A stretch of 51,291 bases of DNA from a virus. Position 1 is the first letter of the stretch. The number at the start of each line of letters is the position of its first letter. Made by a program: the position numbers and the translations under genes. Positions 44,700 to 51,284 of the stretch are shown here, piece by piece. The stretch spans positions 1-51,291 of the IMG/VR virus record IMGVR_UViG_3300037424_000161; one strand, written 5' to 3'. A model generated the notes under the pieces. The model had not been told where the DNA came from. It saw only the letters and a list, made by a program, of their open reading frames with translations, and searched no databases.

Positions 44700-44946
44700 C
44701 CCTTGGCTTTTCGTATATCTTGAATGTCTTGGTCTTGAAGAGAATTTCTTTGTAGTTATTTTGATAGTGCTCTGCGAAGGCTTGATTTCCGTATCCAGTA
44801 ATTAGAAGATGTTCACATCCTGGGCACTTCCATAAATCTGCACACCAAAGCTTGTATGAGCCAAAACTGACTATTTCCTCAACTACTATATCATTCTTCT
44901 CTGGTCTATACTCAACTTCACATTTAACACATACTGGACGAGGCAT
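44680..44946 (-). CDS. Zinc-ribbon protein
   Basis: 88 aa; CVKC...CPGC; AGGAG upstream. Confidence 0.5.
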   Translation of the reverse strand: MPRPVCVKCEVEYRPEKNDIVVEEIVSFGSYKLWCADLWKCPGCEHLLITGYGNQAFAEHYQNNYKEILFKTKTFKIYEKPRDEISHE

Positions 44947-44970
44947 TAGCTTTTTCTCCTATCGTTTATG

Positions 44971-44995
44971 AGATTGTTTGAAATTTGAACAAACT
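44971..44995. repeat. 25-bp palindromic motif, copy 16
   Basis: agattgtttgaaatttgaacaaact; upstream (minus sense) of AGGAG and ATG 44946. Confidence 0.85.
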
Positions 44996-45149
44996 ACTTC
45001 ATACGCTTCCAAGCTCCATTGGGTAGTACGATGTATTCTTTCTTGTCACCTAACCTAAGAATAGTGCCAGTCTCCATCCTCTTTATCTTAACCTTAGGTT
45101 TGTTTGCATTAAGTCTATTCATCATAGCATTTCGTCTACCTTTACGCAT
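44994..45149 (-). CDS. Possible small basic protein (51 aa, below ORF-track cutoff)
   Basis: GGAG upstream of ATG 45149. Translates MRKGRRNAMMNRLNANKPKVKIKRMETGTILRLGDKKEYIVLPNGAWKRMK. Confidence 0.35.
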   Translation of the reverse strand: MRKGRRNAMMNRLNANKPKVKIKRMETGTILRLGDKKEYIVLPNGAWKRMK

Positions 45150-45174
45150 TTGACCTACTCCGTACAATTAATAG

Positions 45175-45211
45175 TTAAAAGAAAGGCCCTCCAGCACCAT
45201 GCCAGAGGGCC
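45175..45211 (-). terminator. Rho-independent terminator after CDS 45226..45618
   Basis: 7-bp G+C stem GGCCCTC (45185-45191) / GAGGGCC (45205-45211) with a 13-nt loop. On the minus strand it is followed by TTTCTTTT. Confidence 0.6.
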
Positions 45212-45225
45212 GTTTGATCGCTGGG

Positions 45226-45618
45226 TTACTTCTTCGCTGCCTTGGTCTGAAGCTCAGCCAACATAGCTTTCTGCTGTTCCGGAGTAGCACTCTGGAACCT
45301 AGCAATGTAGGCCTGAACTGGATCGATGACTGCACCACGAGCTGCAACGCCAGGTTTGTAGTTGGCGAGACGGAGCTGGAGAGCTTCCTGTGTCTCACCC
45401 TTCTTCATCCCAGAACGCATGTTAGACTGAACTGTCACAGTCACGTTCGACTCAAAGTTGCTCTTGACAACCTCGTCACCGAACAACTGGATGTCCTCAG
45501 CTGCGGTAACACCGACCGGGACTTCGATAGTGAAGGGACCGATCTGCTTTTGCGTCACTACACCGTTTGCATCTTTCTTTTCAGGCACTGTTGCCTGAAC
45601 CTTCATCTTTTCTGGCAT
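45226..45618 (-). CDS. Early protein, paralogue family A/B (function unknown)
   Basis: 130 aa with its own promoter and terminator. C-terminal DPVQAYIARFQSATPEQQKAMLAELQTKAAKK parallels the C-terminus of CDS 50910..51284. Confidence 0.65.
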   Translation of the reverse strand: MPEKMKVQATVPEKKDANGVVTQKQIGPFTIEVPVGVTAAEDIQLFGDEVVKSNFESNVTVTVQSNMRSGMKKGETQEALQLRLANYKPGVAARGAVIDPVQAYIARFQSATPEQQKAMLAELQTKAAKK

Positions 45619-45661
45619 TTGAATCTCCTTAAGGATTAATGGTTTGAATCAGCATACGATG

Positions 45662-45691
45662 ATATTAACACATCTACAGAAACATTGTCAA
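45662..45691 (-). promoter_or_regulatory. Sigma70-type promoter
   Basis: Minus strand: TTGACA (45691..45686), 18-nt spacer, TAATAT (45667..45662). AAGGAG and ATG 45618 lie downstream. Confidence 0.45.
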
Positions 45692-45719
45692 TGGATAATT
45701 TGGTACAATTATTACAGCT

Positions 45720-45884
45720 TCATATACACCTCCTTTCATTATTCCTAAGTAACTTAATTTTATGTAGAACTCTATGTAGTCTGTACCAACTTCTTTTCCC
45801 GCATAGGTTTAATGCTCTCTGAGAGAGAGGACTATCTTTTCTCAGATTAAATCCGAATACTTCAAGTCTCTTTATAACATCCAT
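45720..45884 (-). CDS. Small hypothetical protein
   Basis: ORF 45720..45950 trimmed to ATG 45884 (AGGAG 8 nt upstream), which removes the overlap with 45907..46572. Confidence 0.4.
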   Translation of the reverse strand: MDVIKRLEVFGFNLRKDSPLSQRALNLCGKRSWYRLHRVLHKIKLLRNNERRCI

Positions 45885-45906
45885 TGTAGTATCTCCTATT
45901 AGGTAG

Positions 45907-46572
45907 TCATTCGACGTTTTTTGGTTTAGGGATGGGATAGGTAGACTCAAATCCTCGCGGCGTCAGCCGCTCGACCTCAGTACGGAGGCGGTCGTTCTCT
46001 CCCTGCAATGAGCCGAGTACCCACAATACGTGGGCAACGATTCCAGCGGGCGGGGAACCTTCCGGCTGATACCTCTGCACTACAGAGAGGATGTCTCTCA
46101 TGCTCAGCCGCACCTCAGTCAACTCAGTCTTGAGTCGGTCGCGGTCATGCTCGACCACCTGACGCGCAATCTCATCCTCCTGGTGCTTGATGACCGCCGC
46201 GTCTCTGAGGGCTACATTGCGATCCACGAGGAGTTTCAACTGCTCCTCGTCCGAGCGTAGTGTAGATTTCAGCACCTCAACATCCCGCTGCGCCTCGGCC
46301 AAACTCCTGCTTACACGAATCCACAGTTTCTTCTTATCCCCAACCTCCCACCGCGCCTCTGCCAACTTCTGCATATACTCATTCAGGTGCGTTGCTATGT
46401 CGTCCCGGTTTGATTTCGTGAAGGCAAGCTCCTGCTCTGTAAGATCAAGTTGCCGTTTAGTTTCATTGCGATACAAAGCTAGTTCAGCCATAACTGCTTT
46501 ACGAACACGCTGGCATTGTTTCCTGTTACATAAGTCTTCTGGATATCCACTACCACATTCACAGAAGTTCAT
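45907..46572 (-). CDS. Coiled-coil protein (Ea22-like region), G+C-rich island
   Basis: 221 aa. N-terminal Cys cluster CECG...C...C, then long heptad-rich segments. ATGA coupling with the upstream gene. Confidence 0.6.
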   Translation of the reverse strand: MNFCECGSGYPEDLCNRKQCQRVRKAVMAELALYRNETKRQLDLTEQELAFTKSNRDDIATHLNEYMQKLAEARWEVGDKKKLWIRVSRSLAEAQRDVEVLKSTLRSDEEQLKLLVDRNVALRDAAVIKHQEDEIARQVVEHDRDRLKTELTEVRLSMRDILSVVQRYQPEGSPPAGIVAHVLWVLGSLQGENDRLRTEVERLTPRGFESTYPIPKPKNVE

Positions 46573-46787
46573 TTTCGTTCTCCCTTCAGTGCTTTACGAG
46601 CAGCATTGCCATACATATATTCATTGGCATCGGTCGCCAGATGCCCACCGTGCAAATTGTCGGCGGCAATCCATTCCAGCGCCTCTCGATACCGATTGCG
46701 CTCCTCCCGACAGGCGGCGAGGTCGCGTTCCAACTCAACAATACGTTTTCTACTCTCGTTTCCAAACGCATCAGGATCATCCATCAT
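46569..46787 (-). CDS. Small coiled-coil protein, G+C-rich island
   Basis: Trimmed to ATG 46787, which has an ATGA overlap with the DUF550 stop and GGAGGAG upstream. Translates MMDDPDAFGNESRKRIVELERDLAACREE.... Confidence 0.55.
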   Translation of the reverse strand: MMDDPDAFGNESRKRIVELERDLAACREERNRYREALEWIAADNLHGGHLATDANEYMYGNAARKALKGERK

Positions 46788-47188
46788 TTCTCCTCCTTCA
46801 CATGCCGATACCCGCGTTCCGTCTTGGTCCAATTCCGCTTCTTGCACTTTTCCAGCTTTCCCCTCAATAGCGGTAGGACATCGGTGACAACGGCACCGTT
46901 ACGCCAAAGACCATGCAAAGCTATGAGAATGATATCTCCCCACTCCACAGGGTCTTTGCCATCCGTGGCCCTCACCTCGGCGATCTCGTCCTCTATGTGC
47001 TTGCAGATGGACTCGGTGTCGGCTTCAGTAAAGGTCGCATTGGCCCAGTGATAGTGATCCAACAGGAAGGCTTTAAACGTCTGCTGTCTGGCGGCGACAA
47101 GGTCCGTTTCGAGAGCGGCAATGCGCCCATGCAACTCACCTATCCCGTCCTGATGCAGATCATCCTTATCGTAATCGTCGTCGCTCAT
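46784..47188 (-). CDS. DUF550/MazG-like (dATP/dGTP pyrophosphohydrolase-type) protein
   Basis: 134 aa. ANATFTEADTESICKHIEDEIAEV...EWGDIILIALHG resembles the DUF550 pattern as I recall it. GGAGG upstream. Confidence 0.45.
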   Translation of the reverse strand: MSDDDYDKDDLHQDGIGELHGRIAALETDLVAARQQTFKAFLLDHYHWANATFTEADTESICKHIEDEIAEVRATDGKDPVEWGDIILIALHGLWRNGAVVTDVLPLLRGKLEKCKKRNWTKTERGYRHVKEEK

Positions 47189-47339
47189 TTCACCTCCAAC
47201 TCGCTACTATTCATTAGTAACACACCTACATTCATTCCAGCTACAAACATACACCAGGTGTAGGCATCTACCGAACTACACAATAAGTGCACATGAGACT
47301 GTTCATGAATCTCTCGATTGAGTCTATTAAGTGCATCTG

Positions 47340-47609
47340 TCATGGTCGATAGACTCCTTTACCCTCATTGAGAGCTTGATTGATTGAGTCAGGGAGGGAG
47401 TTCTTCTTTGTGAGAGACTTAACCATTGCAGACTTCAACTGATTAACAAGGTCCTTAGCCTTGAATGCAGTGTGTTCGGTAGGACCAAGTAATTCAAGTG
47501 ACCGGCTCATTCTATCAGCATAATGAGCTTTGTGAGACTTGTCAACAAGTTCAGTGATACACTTTCCGAGATCGTCTAAGATCTCCCACTCATTCTTTTC
47601 AGCAGTCAT
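47340..47609 (-). CDS. Hypothetical protein
   Basis: 89 aa; preceded (minus sense) by palindrome copy 17 and AAGGAA. Confidence 0.55.
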   Translation of the reverse strand: MTAEKNEWEILDDLGKCITELVDKSHKAHYADRMSRSLELLGPTEHTAFKAKDLVNQLKSAMVKSLTKKNSLPDSINQALNEGKGVYRP

Positions 47610-47630
47610 CTTATTTTCCTTTCGTCAGTT

Positions 47631-47655
47631 AGTTCATTCAAAAATTAAACGAACT
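47631..47655. repeat. 25-bp palindromic motif, copy 17
   Basis: agttcattcaaaaattaaacgaact; overlaps the stop of 47654..47836. Confidence 0.85.
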
Positions 47656-47836
47656 ATAACCACAATAGAATGGCAGCCCATACTGCCATAGCTAATGATT
47701 CTAGGATCTTCAATAGGGTTTCAGTCCTACTATACTTTACAGTTCTTGGAAACTCGAGAAATGTTAAGGATAGTAAGTGTACTATAAATCCTAACATACT
47801 CAGATAAAATATAAGCATAATGAAGAGTCTCATCAC
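47654..47836 (-). CDS. Small two-TM membrane protein
   Basis: 60 aa; hydrophobic segments LFIMLIFYLSMLGFIVHLL and LAMAVWAAILLWL. Confidence 0.5.
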   Translation of the reverse strand: MMRLFIMLIFYLSMLGFIVHLLSLTFLEFPRTVKYSRTETLLKILESLAMAVWAAILLWL

Positions 47837-47847
47837 TTTCTCCTATC

Positions 47848-48162
47848 TCATTGTAGTGGCAGCGTTATACCAAGTTCCTCAGCAATCTTAATGATTTGCT
47901 CCTTGGTAAGTGGTCTATCACTCACTTCTCGCTTTTTCTTCTTTCCTTCTTCACTCTTACCACTTACCAATTCAGCATATCGCCGAGCTCTTCCGTCTAA
48001 CATTGCAAGGGCATAGTCACACTTCTCCCATGCATCTTTGTCATGATTGTAGCGAGCCTTTATAGCCATGCATAAGTTATGCACACGCTGTAACAGGGCA
48101 TAACTCATCTTTACTTCTTTCCACAGTCTGCATCGTTCTGACTTGAGTTCCTCTTGGTTCAT
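47848..48162 (-). CDS. Hypothetical protein
   Basis: 104 aa; GGAGA 8 nt upstream of ATG 48162. Confidence 0.5.
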   Translation of the reverse strand: MNQEELKSERCRLWKEVKMSYALLQRVHNLCMAIKARYNHDKDAWEKCDYALAMLDGRARRYAELVSGKSEEGKKKKREVSDRPLTKEQIIKIAEELGITLPLQ

Positions 48163-48268
48163 TGTAGGTCTCCAACATTCTCATTGTTTCTAGCCAGTTT
48201 TCATAACTCATTGGCATCTCACCTGAGAGCCAACAGTCACGGAGATATGCTATGTATTCAGGGTTCAT
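48077..48268 (-). CDS. Hypothetical protein (overlaps next gene by 86 nt; model uncertain)
   Basis: 63-aa ORF whose 3' end overlaps 47848..48162 in another frame. Confidence 0.3.
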   Translation of the reverse strand: MNPEYIAYLRDCWLSGEMPMSYENWLETMRMLETYNEPRGTQVRTMQTVERSKDELCPVTACA

Positions 48269-48270
48269 AG

Positions 48271-48480
48271 TTAATCCTCCCTCAGTTGTTCTTCATATCC
48301 TTTTAACTGAGCGTGGATCATATTGAGAAAGAAATTGATCAGTAGATCCCTTCCACCTTTTATTCTTCCAAGTTCAGACAATGCCTCTTCAATACAGAGT
48401 TTTGCACCACCTAACTGGATTACTACTGCTCTAAACTGGCCTTTTTTGGATCTGCTCAGTTTGCCCTTTTGATGTGGCAT
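48271..48480 (-). CDS. Hypothetical protein
   Basis: 69 aa. A 33-codon ORF with a strong GGAGGAGG site starts at about 48533 and overlaps its start, so the model is uncertain. Confidence 0.4.
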   Translation of the reverse strand: MPHQKGKLSRSKKGQFRAVVIQLGGAKLCIEEALSELGRIKGGRDLLINFFLNMIHAQLKGYEEQLRED

Positions 48481-48746
48481 CTGCGACAGCCCCTAACAAA
48501 GCCATTTGCTTTAACTTATCTTCTGCTTTCATAGTTACCTCCTCCGCCTAAGCAGCGGCTTGACCACCCATAGAGAATGAGTGGTCCCTGTCGATGCTCA
48601 GATTAATCAATTGTAACAGTCTTCACAATCCTCTCTCCCTTAACTATCTTCTCAAGTCTCTCAAAATCACTTCCTTGAGGAAATAGCCAGACTTTCCTTT
48701 GGGCACAGTCATATGCTCAACTTCTTCTCCCTCACTCTTGATCTGA

Positions 48747-49010
48747 CTACCTATGTTCTGAAGGAGCTCCATATGACTGTCGATGGCTGACATTCTTCGC
48801 TCCCTCTATCATTTCAGCGAATTCAATCAAGGTAGTTCCAACAAACTTGGCCTCTTCACTTGTGAGTCGACCGAGCTTAGTCCACTCACCTTTGTAAAGT
48901 CGAGAGATCTGGATCTTCACAGACCTTCCATTGTACTGGCATAAGGAGACCTGGACATCATCTTTCTTACGTTCCATTAGCACTTTGTCTTTAGCTAGAT
49001 CGAAAGCCAT
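48747..49010 (-). CDS. PC4/YdbC-like ssDNA-binding protein (tentative)
   Basis: 87 aa. VQVSLCQYNGRSVKIQISRLYKGEWTKLGRLTSEEAKFV resembles the PC4-fold pattern. It has its own consensus promoter. Confidence 0.4.
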   Translation of the reverse strand: MAFDLAKDKVLMERKKDDVQVSLCQYNGRSVKIQISRLYKGEWTKLGRLTSEEAKFVGTTLIEFAEMIEGAKNVSHRQSYGAPSEHR

Positions 49011-49059
49011 TGGTTACTCCTTTCATTGAGTGATTAAATCTCTCCCAATTATCAATGCT

Positions 49060-49089
49060 ATTATACCATAACTGATTACCAGATGTCAA
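49060..49089 (-). promoter_or_regulatory. Consensus sigma70-type promoter (TTGACA-N18-TATAAT with TGG)
   Basis: Minus strand reads TTGACAtctggtaatcagttaTGGTATAAT. AAAGGAG and ATG 49010 lie downstream. Confidence 0.65.
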
Positions 49090-49103
49090 TAAGATGAAGC
49101 GCT

Positions 49104-49127
49104 GAATCGTTAATAGTTTAACGAATC
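49104..49127. repeat. Shorter related palindrome (possible degenerate motif copy or hairpin)
   Basis: gaatcgttaa-tagt-ttaacgaatc: 10-bp arms with one mismatch. Sits between the stop at 49126 and the -35 at 49089. Confidence 0.4.
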
Positions 49128-49296
49128 ACTCAACTTCGAGCGATTCAAAGTACTTCCTTGCCACCTTCAGTTCCCTCTCCGACTCAACCAACTTCTCCTT
49201 CATATCTTTATGGAACACAGATTTGGGCGAGTAAGCTGTAATGTACCCCTTCACTCTCAGTACATCATTCTCGATTGCCTTAACTTGTCTGAACAT
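49126..49296 (-). CDS. Small hypothetical protein (56 aa, below ORF-track cutoff)
   Basis: GAGGG upstream of ATG 49296. Translates MFRQVKAIENDVLRVKGYITAYSPKSVFHKDMKEKLVESERELKVARKYFESLEVE. Sits downstream of a consensus promoter. Confidence 0.45.
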   Translation of the reverse strand: MFRQVKAIENDVLRVKGYITAYSPKSVFHKDMKEKLVESERELKVARKYFESLEVE

Positions 49297-49323
49297 TTGT
49301 TACCCTCTCATTAATCATGAGCC

Positions 49324-49353
49324 ATTATACCACACCTTATTCACAGTTGTCAA
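49324..49353 (-). promoter_or_regulatory. Consensus sigma70-type promoter (TTGACA-N18-TATAAT with TGG)
   Basis: Minus strand reads TTGACAactgtgaataaggtgTGGTATAAT. Confidence 0.65.
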
Positions 49354-49378
49354 TAAGCAATCATGCTCAATCGACAAT

Positions 49379-49403
49379 AGTTCGTTTAAATTATAAACGA
49401 ACT
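49379..49403. repeat. 25-bp palindromic motif, copy 18
   Basis: agttcgtttaaattataaacgaact; overlaps the stop of 49402..50106. Confidence 0.85.
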
Positions 49404-50106
49404 ATTTTGGCTTAACTACATTCTTCATCAAATAGTCTATGTCGATAGGAGCATTCTCCAATGCTATACGTTCTGCCTCACGTTTAGCATTATACTCATC
49501 TAACTCCCCATCACTAATCCCTTCTCTAAATCCCTCTCCAGGCTTATGAGCTGGTGGAACTGGATCGTCTACAATAAGTCCACTTTCCCTCGCTCTCTTC
49601 AATCCCTCCTGTTTCCTCACATACTCTTCATGCATCTCCATTTGTTTAGCTAATTTAATCTCTTCCATCTTCTTCTGTGCTATCTTAACCAAGTCCTCAT
49701 TACTCAACTCAGTGTCGATAGGCGAAGGTTCCACACTCCTTCTATTATGTAGTATATTATAATCTATTGGTGTATAGTCACGCGGATCTATTCCCTCACT
49801 CCTCAGCGTCTCAAACCTAAGTGCTGCTCCAACTTTCTTATAAGCACGTGCCTTCAAACTCCCTTGATACAGTCCCCTCTGCTCTAGATGCCGATGAGCT
49901 TCAGTCACACTCTCTATAACAACAGGCATTGAATTACTTCTCTTTATAGTGTCGCATAACAAGTCAAGGCTCCACGCTATCAACTGACTCATCGTCCTAA
50001 CTCTAAACCCCTCACTCTCCCAATAATTAACTAACTCTGCCAAGCTAACCATACTCACTCTAGCCTGCGCTGGAATACTACTCTCCTGCTTCACATCTCT
50101 TTCCAT
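49402..50106 (-). CDS. Hypothetical early protein sharing an ARESGL motif with CDS 544..1167
   Basis: ORF 49402..50214 trimmed to ATG 50106 (AGGAG 8 nt upstream). The longer form would start inside an 18-bp inverted repeat. Confidence 0.55.
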   Translation of the reverse strand: MERDVKQESSIPAQARVSMVSLAELVNYWESEGFRVRTMSQLIAWSLDLLCDTIKRSNSMPVVIESVTEAHRHLEQRGLYQGSLKARAYKKVGAALRFETLRSEGIDPRDYTPIDYNILHNRRSVEPSPIDTELSNEDLVKIAQKKMEEIKLAKQMEMHEEYVRKQEGLKRARESGLIVDDPVPPAHKPGEGFREGISDGELDEYNAKREAERIALENAPIDIDYLMKNVVKPK

Positions 50107-50156
50107 GACCTTAGCTCCTATGTTAGATGGTTGTAATGTGTAACCATGTTTGCGTG

Positions 50157-50318
50157 TTAAACGGTTGTCTGTCCCCATATGCGTAGCAGCACTACGCATA
50201 ACATTGCCAAACATGTAGTGATATATTGCCTACTTGCAATCATGTATACGAAATCTGTTATGTGTTTTTTTTGTAGTGAGTAGTGCACCCCTACCCCTAT
50301 GGACAGACAACCGTTTAA
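50157..50318. repeat. Perfect 18-bp inverted repeat pair enclosing 126 bp
   Basis: ttaaacggttgtctgtcc (50157-50174) is the exact reverse complement of ggacagacaaccgtttaa (50301-50318). A 9-bp-stem hairpin tatgcgtag-cagca-ctacgcata lies inside at 50178-50200. Confidence 0.9.
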
Positions 50319-50319
50319 C

Positions 50320-50345
50320 ATCATAACATCATAACAAATCATAAC
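50320..50345. repeat. Iteron-like direct repeats ATCATAAC x3
   Basis: ATCATAAC at 50320-50327, 50328-50335 and 50338-50345, plus a partial catcata at about 50353. Confidence 0.8.
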
Positions 50346-50392
50346 ACCACTACATCATACACGTCAAGGTATAATTCCGTACATTTATCCTT

Positions 50393-50417
50393 AGTTCGTT
50401 CAAATTATGAACAAACT
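50393..50417. repeat. 25-bp palindromic motif, copy 19
   Basis: agttcgttcaaattatgaacaaact in the long non-coding region. Confidence 0.85.
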
Positions 50418-50638
50418 ACACATCCACACTCTCTTCTACTAACACCGTAGTCTATAACTATACCCGATCCAAACTTCCGTCATCACTACATCACTACATT
50501 ATCTCACTATAAAAGGTAGGAGGGCCATAGCTCATGCCTACGAAACTACAGCCCTTATTGGTAAGAACTTAATGCAGCACTGTAATGCAGTAGTTATCAA
50601 CTCAGTCCGTGACCCTGGATATGTTAGTTAACTACTAA

Positions 50639-50809
50639 CTACTCTCCGGCGAGCTTCCTACGGATTAGCCCCTCCGCGACTGCTTTCTTGAAGTACTCCT
50701 GCTCCTCGAGCGAGAGTTTGCTCCACTCCTCCCTGAATGTAGCAGTGCTTTTGAACTCGAAGAAGTCCTTCACTGCGAGTAATCCAGTTGACTTCTGTTC
50801 GTCTCCCAT
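50639..50809 (-). CDS. Small hypothetical protein (56 aa, below ORF-track cutoff), G+C-rich
   Basis: AGGAAGGA upstream of ATG 50809. Translates MGDEQKSTGLLAVKDFFEFKSTATFREEWSKLSLEEQEYFKKAVAEGLIRRKLAGE. Confidence 0.45.
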   Translation of the reverse strand: MGDEQKSTGLLAVKDFFEFKSTATFREEWSKLSLEEQEYFKKAVAEGLIRRKLAGE

Positions 50810-50909
50810 AGTATAGTCCTTCCTAGGGCCACGAACTCAATTGATAACTAATTGTCAAAGAACTAATTGACCCTTAACAACTCAACAAGCGCCCGGTGGT
50901 ACGATTTAA

Positions 50910-51284
50910 CTACTTGCTCGCTTTTGTCATCAACTCCTTCAGATACGTTGCTCGCTCCTCCACAGTCATCCGCTGCAGTTTCGCAACCATCGCTTCTTCC
51001 GGACTCACCGGCAACTGCCCGCCCTTGAAATTCACCTTCACGGTTGAGCCGTTTACTATCGACTCGTATTTTGACCTCGCACTCGATTGCCAGGTGATTC
51101 GCTTGTCCCGAAGTGCAGCACCAATCACCTCGCCCAATGGAGTACCCTCCATGAGAAAGTGCAAGTGCACCATTTTCGAGGACTTGATCGCCTTGGATTC
51201 CGCATCAGCGGATACCGTCGCGGCAATCTCGAACTCACCCGTAATCACATAGCTCGATACGTCAGCCTTATTGATTGTCGTCAT
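50910..51284 (-). CDS. First early protein, paralogue family A/B (function unknown)
   Basis: 124 aa. C-terminal SPEEAMVAKLQRMTVEERATYLKELMTKASK parallels CDS 45226..45618. The 5' part is repeated at 1..120 because of the terminal overlap. Confidence 0.65.
   Translation of the reverse strand: MTTINKADVSSYVITGEFEIAATVSADAESKAIKSSKMVHLHFLMEGTPLGEVIGAALRDKRITWQSSARSKYESIVNGSTVKVNFKGGQLPVSPEEAMVAKLQRMTVEERATYLKELMTKASK

Noticed and set aside
46784-47188. Z-genome (2-aminoadenine) pathway suggested by the DUF550/MazZ-like gene
   Set aside because: No PurZ (adenylosuccinate-synthetase-like, ~340 aa) or DatZ-like HD phosphohydrolase candidate is present. DUF550 alone is widespread in ordinary phages.
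46030-47263. Plus-strand ORFs 46030..46260, 46187..46870, 46606..46887, 46641..47051 and 46913..47263, and minus-strand 46586..46780
   Set aside because: These are spurious open frames in the G+C-rich island. The minus-strand trio has ATGA coupling and GGAGG sites; the alternatives have none.
47848-48268. Programmed frameshift joining 48077..48268 and 47848..48162
   Set aside because: There is no slippery heptamer or downstream structure. A simple overlap or mis-called start is equally likely, so both ORFs are listed with reduced confidence.
50157-50318. Invertible promoter switch or MITE bounded by the 18-bp inverted repeats
   Set aside because: No recombinase or transposase is encoded, there are no target-site duplications, and there is no convincing promoter inside. 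It is reported only as a structural repeat within the non-coding region.
50498-50520. T7-like promoter resemblance attatCTCACTATAaaaggtagg
   Set aside because: It is a single occurrence, on the strand opposite to local genes. It is followed only by a 12-codon ORF, and no single-subunit RNAP gene was found.
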